The notes below the pieces were generated by a model, which saw nothing but the letters and a program-made list of their open reading frames with translations, made no database searches and had not been told where the DNA came from. Of a stretch of 64,000 nucleotides of DNA, positions 52,967 through 64,000 are shown piece after piece. Position numbers and translations under genes: made by a program. This stretch comes from Octopus vulgaris (lineage: Eukaryota): contig OX597816.1 in NCBI GenBank assembly GCA_951406725.2, positions 148,676,001 to 148,740,000 of the forward strand, given 5' to 3'. How positions within the stretch are numbered: position 1 is the first letter of the stretch; each line of letters starts with the position of its first letter.

Positions 52967-53827
52967 TATGTTTGACATTTGCTTTATATTTGTACAAGTT
53001 GGCTCCAAGTCTCACCCAGAGACCTCAAGAGACAACAGGTTGGAAGTTCACGTTGTTGTTATGCCTAGTGTGCCATATATTTGGGGGTTTTTGGTGTTGT
53101 ACTAGTGAATGTCTAATAAAAAAGATTGTTTGTTTTAAACCTTGAGATTACATAGAAAGTATTTTGTGTAGGATATGAGCAGTTCCCATGAGCACTATCT
53201 TTTGAATTTCTGCCATTTTGGGGTTTCCTGGTATCTGAGTTAGGTAGCAATCAGCCCTTTTATATTTGCTCAGTTTTTTGGTAGGTCTTGACAGATACGT
53301 TTATATCGATTGGGACAGTCATATCAATGAGGAGGCATGTTCTTTGTCTGAAGTCTTTCAATATGATATCTGGCCTATTTGCATCTATCTTTCTGTCAGT
53401 TTGAATGGTGAAGTTCCAGAGGAGTGAGATGTGGTCATTTTCAAGCACTGGAGGTGGTTTGTGTTCCCACCAGTTTTTTTTTTCATGGGACAAATCCAGG
53501 TTTTTGCAAATTACCCAGTGAATATATTGTGCAGCTCTATCATGCCTGTTGAGATACTCTGTAGGCGCTAGAAGACTGCACTTGGAGACAACATGATCAA
53601 TGGTTTCATTTTGTTGTTGACATACACGACATGTTGGGCTACTGCCGTTCTTTAATATGTTGGTCTGGTAGTTTCTTGTTGGTAGGTATTGATCTTGAGC
53701 TGCTATGATAAATCCCTCTGTTTCAGATTTTAAGCCAGAGGCCATTAGCCATTGATGGGTCAGGGCTTTGTCAACATCTGCATTATTCGCTCTCTTTGGG
53801 TATTTGCCATAGAGAGGTTTTTCCTGC

Positions 53828-53830
<3 letters not shown>
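52966..53830 (-). mobile_element. R4/Dong-type RLE LINE family B, 5'-truncated
   Basis: WQEKPLYGKY..SETEGFIIAAQDQ..CRVCQQQNETIDHVVSKC..RHD..NRPDIILKD; distinct 3' UTR ending ..caaacatag + (AAT)n. Confidence 0.95.
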
Positions 53831-53879
<49 letters not shown>

Positions 53880-54620
53880 GCTGCTGCTGCTGTTGTAGGC
53901 TAGGTTTCCCTGTGTTTTAAAGGAAAGTAACAGATCTAGACATGTAATCAATCAAGAATCCACTACACCAAGATAACTGCATGTAAATTACATACCATTT
54001 AATAAAAGTTCGCCATTATATTATTCATTTCCATAATTTTACCCGCATTGCGCATTTTAGTAGCAATGAAGATTCTTAATATATCGGTGTATATATATAT
54101 ACACCAATAAATATGTATCAGTGTGTCCGTGGGTGTTTCTGTATCTTTGCATACAAGCAAAAATCGCTACTTCAAGTTTTGTGCATTATGTTAAAAGTAA
54201 AAGAAAACTTAGCCATTCGATAACTAGAGAACAATAAAATATCCACCAGAATGAAATAAGTATTGTGGTTCACATGAGATCAACAAAAAAACCCTCGAAG
54301 GCCGTATCCCATCATTATCGCAGTCGTATGACTGAAGCTGGTAACAAAGTTTTTAAAAAGAGTAAAAACGCCTAAATTGAAGCTGAGAGAAAAGATGACA
54401 TTGCTGCTATCTGTAATAATACAAATAGAAAAGTGAGACTGACAGGTTTTCCTGTAAACAAGACTAAGTGCATTACTTTGAAGGAAACATTACTTTATAT
54501 TGACATATGTACATTATACTTCGGAATAAACGAGAAGGCTTAGAAATTTTTTAAATCAAATCTTGTACACTTCCATATATGCATAGATAGAAAGATAGAC
54601 AGACACATAGATAGATACAT

Positions 54621-54733
<113 letters not shown>

Positions 54734-54855
54734 TAGAGAGAGAAGCAGACAAATAGATAGATACATATATGCATACATACCTATATACATACTCAGAGAG
54801 ATGCATACATACATATGCAAAATTATATTTTTGTATACATATGTATACATATGTC

Positions 54856-54925
<70 letters not shown>

Positions 54926-54963
54926 CATACATACATACATACATACATACATACATACATACA

Positions 54964-54999
<36 letters not shown>

Positions 55000-55374
55000 T
55001 ACATATATATATGTATATATATGTGTGTGTGTGAATATTTATATTTATATATATATTCATTCACTTGCATATTTTTTATCAGTGTGTATATACATATATC
55101 TGAGCGGCATGTCTATTTTTATGAGTGTGTGTGTGTGTGTGCGTGGGTGTGTGTGTGTGAGCGTGTGTGTATGCGTAAGTATGCCTGCATTATATATTAG
55201 CTTTTTTCTTTCTTTCTCTTTTGTCATAGCCGAAAGGCCTCGAGTAAATGGTAATACATTAGGACGTTGTGCATTGATAGCATCTTTTTAGGTAACACCG
55301 GGGCAATGTGAAATGTCTTTAACTAAGATTCCAGATGATGTAGCCATAATTGTATTATTTGTGTATGTGTGTGT

Positions 55375-55467
<93 letters not shown>

Positions 55468-55956
55468 TAATATATAATATATATGTCAATATATATAATT
55501 ATATAGATATATAAGTATATATGTGCATGTATTGGTATATATGCATCTATATATATTTATGTATATATGAGGACAACATAGATAGTGGTATGTGCGTGTG
55601 TGTGAGTGTGTATGTCTGTGTATGTGGTATGTATGTACGAGGAGAATATAGATAACGGTATATAGATAGATAGATACATACATACATAACGGAATACATA
55701 CATATATTTATACGTATGAATGTATGTATGTATTATGTATGTATGTATGTATGTATACCGTTATCTATGTTGTCCTCGGCAATGTCACACGCATTATACA
55801 TCCTACATCATTCTGCACCACAATATTGTGATTTTCGTGAAACTAATAAAATCAATATGCTTTCTGGTAACTTGAGCCTGCTATATCTTAGTTGAAGTCA
55901 GATCACTTTATAGAGATGCATACATGCATTAGCACACACACACACAAATGTGTATA

Positions 55957-56042
<86 letters not shown>

Positions 56043-56445
56043 TATACCCATGTATGTATATGTATACAAATATTCTATAGTTATAAACATAATTATAATG
56101 AGAGGGCAGCTAATTGCTTCGCTACGCAACGAATTTAGAAATAGGAGTTAAAATGCCTTTTCTGGTACCATAAAGATCTCTCAGACAGCAACACACTTTC
56201 TTACGTAGGCAAAAAGAAAAGATAACGAATACACACAACTCAGATTAGCTACATACGCGTTTCGAGATTAAAGTAAAGTTATATTTACTTACTTCTTTCT
56301 CATTTCGGAATATAAATTTGAGGATGTTACATTAAATATGTACGCGATCAGGCGTCGTTGCATAACCGATATTCAACCAACACTTAATTAATTAATTGAT
56401 TAATTAATTAATTTTACCCTTTTATTATTATATATATATATACAC

Positions 56446-56489
<44 letters not shown>

Positions 56490-56827
56490 GCGCACTTCTT
56501 TTATTCTTTTAATGATTTTAGTCATTTCATTGAGGGAATGGTATACATATGCGCACGCGCATTCTCTCACATTATATATTATGTATATAATACATAAAAA
56601 ATCTCATAACATCACCTATGGGATACGATCGCCAAATAAAACTCCTATAAACCGAGTCTGCACAGCTGTGCTGAACATCACACCAGGGTAATATCCCTAC
56701 TTTCATCGTAAAATTTAGGTAACTTAACTCATTAGGTTCTAACAGCATCATATCCTCGTTAGATAAATTTTTTCGATGACAGTCTAGTAAGCCAACCACG
56801 TAGTGTAGATTTATTGATAGATATGTC

Positions 56828-56933
<106 letters not shown>

Positions 56934-57032
56934 CATAATGACTCAACAAAATGCACATACACAAATACACAAACACACACACATAAGCACTTATTTATGT
57001 ATATATATTTGTATGTGTGTATATATATATAT

Positions 57033-57113
<81 letters not shown>

Positions 57114-57321
57114 TAACGTGTGTGTGTTTACGTGTGTATCGTGGCTATAGTTATCAGTATTCAAATCGTGTCTTAAGTCTTTTGATCTTAGTTAAATGTC
57201 TAGATGCCGCCTTTTGACTGAGAAGAGAGTAACATTTATAAATCCTTAAAACTTTTTCTGAAATTCTGTCATAGCAAACTTATAGGCTGTATCCCGAAAT
57301 TAATGATCACACTTCGCAATT

Positions 57322-57662
57322 CCTGTCGTGGCACTCCGTCGGTTACGACGAAGAGGGTTCTAGTTGATCCGATCAACGGCTCCACGGATACGTGTACCCT
57401 TAACGTAGTTCTCGGGGAGAGTCGGCGTGATACAGAGTGTGACAAGGCTGGCTCTTTGTAAATACAGGTATAACAAAAATAGGAAGAAAGTATGAAAGAA
57501 AGTTGTGGTGAAAGAGTACTGCAGGGTTTGCCACCACCCCCTGCCGGAGCCTCGTGGAGCTTTGGATGTTTTCACTCAATAAACTTTCACAACGTCCTGT
57601 CTGGGAATCGAAACCACCATCCTACGACCGCGAGTCCGTTGCCTTAACCACTGGGCCATTGC
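57322..57662 (-). mobile_element. SINE family 3 (tRNA head, RTE-like tail)
   Basis: Minus-strand A box tggcccagtgg, B box ggtttcgattcc; tail gtcgtaaccgacggagtgcc. Confidence 0.88.
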
Positions 57663-57664
57663 CC

Positions 57665-57737
57665 GCGGGCATATGGCGTAGTGGTTAAGAGCGCGGGCTA
57701 CTAACCTCAAGATTCCGAGTTCGATTCCAGGCAGTGA

Positions 57738-57741
<4 letters not shown>
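57665..57741 (+). mobile_element. tRNA-like Pol III head (SINE family 4) running into (AAT)n
   Basis: A box tggcgtagtgg at 57674-57684, B box gagttcgattcc at 57717-57728; cloverleaf stems degenerate. Confidence 0.8.
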
Positions 57742-58410
<669 letters not shown>

Positions 58411-58437
58411 TAATAATAATAATAATAATAATAATAA

Positions 58438-60394
<1,957 letters not shown>

Positions 60395-60439
60395 GACACC
60401 CGTTGAAGGCTGAAGAGTAATCAGCCGAAACGTTGTGTT
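60395..60439 (+). ncRNA. Minimal hammerhead ribozyme fold with mutated core
   Basis: GACAC-CCGUUGA-A-GGCUGA AGAGUAA UCAGCC-GAAA-CG-UU-GUGUU; stems intact, core differs from CUGANGA at positions 4 and 6. Confidence 0.65.
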
Positions 60440-61879
60440 AACAACAAACAAGATGAGGACAAATATCCATCAAATGTAAATAATGTACATGATTCCTCAT
60501 CTCTTAAATATAGAACTGAACAGCATTGGATGTTCCAATTGTAATTTGATGCTTAACCACAACGGGTCATCAGAGGAACACGCTATTGCATTATGTTACA
60601 GAGATCAAATGTCATTTGATCGTCGTTTCAAAAGTATGACAAATTCTATTTGACATAGTTCAGTTTGCTTTGCTACTGCTTAATGGTAGAAAGCTATCTG
60701 AGATTACCTAAGGAAAAGAGCATCTTATCCAAAAGGAAAATTTGTATCTCAGTTGATTAACTTTGTTGTTCTGTTGTATCTGCTCTATTTCTACATTCAT
60801 GTTGTTTTTTTTTTTTCCTGTTTCTGTCCAACAGCTATAACTACTGCATTGTCGTTTTTACTCTTTTATTTCATTTAAAATATTCTTCTTAGTTTGAATT
60901 CATTTTCTCAATACCTGTTTACTATTTTGGTTTCGTTGCTCTTTTATCCATATTTTCTTCTGTTTTTCCTCTTCTTTTCTTTGGCTTTTCTCTCGTGGCT
61001 AAGCTAAATACTTTAAATCTATTTTGAAGACGGGCCTTTTCTAAGATGTATATTTTTAGTTTGTTCTTTTAGAATAAGAACGATAAAAGACCTAAAGAAC
61101 ATTTTGTATAATATACTTTTTTTTAATGCTTTTGCTTAATTCCACCTACTTTGGGATTTATTTTTGTCTATCTAAATGTATAACCACCCAACACTATTCC
61201 CGTTTCAATTCTTCTAACTCGTCTTAAGTTCAGGGTCCAACGCTAAAATGAGAGATTAGCGTGTTTCAGCAAATTAGCGGCATTACTCCAGCCTCAGAGG
61301 TTTTGCTAAAGAGCCAGCAAGACAAATATAGTATTTCATTCAATGTGCGTGTACATGTAAACATGACTATATAAGTATGTATGCGTGCATTTTGTGATCG
61401 TCTGTTTGGGTTGCGTTAATGCGTGTGCTGAAAATTGTTATTCTTAATCACGTGAATTGGATTTTGAAGCTATCGTGTTGCTTTGTCAGTCTTTTTTCTT
61501 TTTTTAGATTTTTTTATGAATACGTTATCTGTAATTCTTTTCAATGTTTATTTTTTTATATATTTATTCTTTATTTTCCTTGTTTCTCTCTTTTAAGCTT
61601 TCTTTCTATCAATTATTTTTTCTCGTCAAAACAACAAAAATAGCAAAAATGCCGTCACATTTACCTGTTCTTGTTTGTGACAAAACTATACACCACTTAA
61701 ATATGTTTGTAGGTTGTCTTTCTCTCTTAAGACTTTCGATAAAGACAGGACTGGTTTCAAATAAGGTAACAAAACACAAACGCTGTCATTTAGATAACAC
61801 AACAGTAAAGAGTTACAGACTGAATTTTACATTAGTCTTGCATATTTTCACTATTCCACTTAGATACTGAATTTCCAAG

Positions 61880-62500
61880 GTGCATGTTAGCAAGTAACTT
61901 TTTTTGCTTGAAACGCCAGCTTTTCATGTAGAGTGCCATAACCAAATGCAGCAGTAATTATGGGTACAAATGTAAATTTATATCAGAAAAGCTGTAGATT
62001 TCGAAGCTGTTGTTTATAAATATTCTTTTTCTTGCTAATTTTAAGGTAAAGTTTTACATTTGTGGGGTCACTTACTTCTATAACACTACATATTTTCTTT
62101 ACTGTCCAAACAGCTATATCAGTTCTGTTGTGTTTCTTTTTTTTTTTTTTGCGTCATGTGTTTTCAATGGCCGAGTCCGTGTGGTATTTTTTGTGTCTAA
62201 ACGTATACATGTACCTAATGTTATAAACGTCTTCTGTATTTTCAATCAGGTCGTCATTCTTATGATTGGCATGGTATATTGTTTTAGCAATGTTATGATA
62301 GCTCATCGGAATGTAGTACATTAATACCATTCTCGGATAGTAGCTGATTACCGCCACAAATATGTGATATCTTCTACCCTTCATCATAACATGCATTCCA
62401 GTACCGTTTGATCATGTATAAGTGACAAGTAATTCTACAAAGACGGCAAAACATCCTATCTCTATTAGAAGAGAATTATTCCAATTGACTCCCGCCTATT
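61880..62500 (-). pseudogene. Old RLE-type LINE C-terminal remnant (family D)
   Basis: VISYYPRM..YYIPMSYHNIAKTIY; KHNRTDIAVW..CSVIEVSDP..LKI..KNIY..LRNLQL..YKFTFVPIITAAFGY. Confidence 0.7.
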
Positions 62501-63781
62501 CTACATGGTGTTAATACTTTTAATATATATATTAAGCCAAATTAGAAACGCAGAGACAGTTTTAGGAGCAAGCTTCATCGACCATAATCCCTGCCATTAT
62601 ATGACAAAAACATTTCACACACCTATACACATAGTCAACATTGTACAACTCAGCCTAGATAATCATAAAAGACACACACGGAGAAATAACTACTTTAATT
62701 GTCTTATTGACCGCAAGCACTGAGCTGCATTGCACACCACCAATCATAAGTGCACAGGAATAGCATCCCTTGCATGTGACCAAGCCCACCTTGCCTCCCT
62801 CCACTGTGGCTCCACCTACAATGCAAGTTGTACATAGCGGAGGATAAACAACTAGACATTGCCTGAAGCAGTTAACAGATTTATTAGAGGAACTGATATG
62901 AATTTCCGGTTTAAAAATTCGCCAAGGCAAGTTTGAAGAGAGAAAAATTAATTAAAAACGCTAATGTTAAAGAAATTGAGATAAGAGAATTATAGCAAAC
63001 ACAGACTTACAACACTTAAGAATTAATGAACTAGACAGAGTACTTCACACACTAATGAAAGAAAAGGTCACAAGAGAATATAATAGACATTGCATTAAAC
63101 ATTAAAATGGTGCTAAATGTAAAACTTAACGTAATAGGCATCAATACTCCGGCTATCCCAGCAATATGTTATAATTACAATATTCTCAATTGTACAATAA
63201 GTAAAGTCGTAAAACTACACTGCGAAACTAAAAAATATTTTTACAATATACCATCCAATGTTTATAGATTATATTTAGCACGAATACAGAAATATAGGGT
63301 TTCACCGCAACTAGAAAACTTATAAAATATCCACTGTAGAAGTACAAAACTTTATAGTGGAGAATAAAGATAGACAAATAGAAATAGTAACAAACAAATA
63401 AGAGTATTCCATGTTTCAGGATACCTACAAATATAAAGCAGGAAACAAAGGAAATCAATAACAAATGTGTGAAAAGGCTAAAATCTAAGTTTAAAATGCA
63501 GTTAGTATGCCATGCTATAATGATTTCAGGAAAAATATTCATGACCAATTACCTGAAGAAAGTAAACTTCGGTGAAATAGATGAATATATATTTTAGCAT
63601 TCCTTGAAAGGTGTAAGACTGGAAGCTGTACAGATCCAAAGCCGTCTCACTCGAAACCGCCAAACGCTTTTAATAACACAAAATACATTCATTAACTGCG
63701 AATTATGTGGATAATGGGAATAAATAACTAACCATATTATTTTTGGCTGTCCAGTCTTAGCCTAAAGAGTATACATACACA

Positions 63782-63783
<2 letters not shown>

Positions 63784-63860
<77 letters not shown>
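63784..63860. repeat. (CA)n microsatellite
   Basis: Directly visible; dozens of similar (CA), (TA), (CT), (GATA), (CATA) and (ATT) tracts occur across the window. Confidence 0.98.
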
Positions 63861-63862
<2 letters not shown>

Positions 63863-64000
63863 TATACACACACACAGACACACACGCATTTGAGTGTATG
63901 TGTATATATGCCTATACATAGATACACGCACATACATGTGTGAGTGTCTGTCTGTCTGTATGTCTTTGCTTCTGTGTGAGTGCATTACAGATTGAGGGGT

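Noticed and set aside
56245-56312. GAGA..TCTC-GAAACGCGT on the minus strand, like a hammerhead 3' half
   Set aside because: No CUGANGA or stem I found; possibly a decayed pLTR but too weak to call.
57665-57741. Possible genuine tRNA gene (loop CU-ACU-AA)
   Set aside because: Acceptor, anticodon and T stems have several mismatches and there is no oligo-T terminator; it fits a SINE head better.

Overview
AT-rich, microsatellite-dense eukaryotic non-coding DNA (intergenic or a large intron). The SINE, LINE and microsatellite mix suggests a coleoid cephalopod, probably Octopus; this is my recognition, not a database result. I can support no host protein-coding exon. Most ORFs in the track are microsatellite translations or decayed retroelement pieces. 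The window holds three tRNA-derived SINE families plus a fourth tRNA-like head. It has two stacks of young (TAA)n-targeting R4/Dong-type LINEs with restriction-like endonucleases in opposite orientation, and older fragments of that group. It also has RTE, CR1-like and Tx1-like LINEs, two Helitron pieces, a mariner end and several Penelope-like elements (PLEs). Main points: (1) six foldable minimal type I hammerhead ribozyme motifs plus one weak remnant, including a near-perfect one with a U3-A8 core variant; (2) a PLE whose GIY-YIG nuclease is split by a ~590 nt insertion containing two 51-aa repeats; (3) a candidate tRNA-headed SINE ending in a hammerhead, split by three nested LINEs; (4) two SINE-LINE shared 3' tails; (5) recurrent fold-back palindromes. 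Boundaries of degraded elements are approximate.
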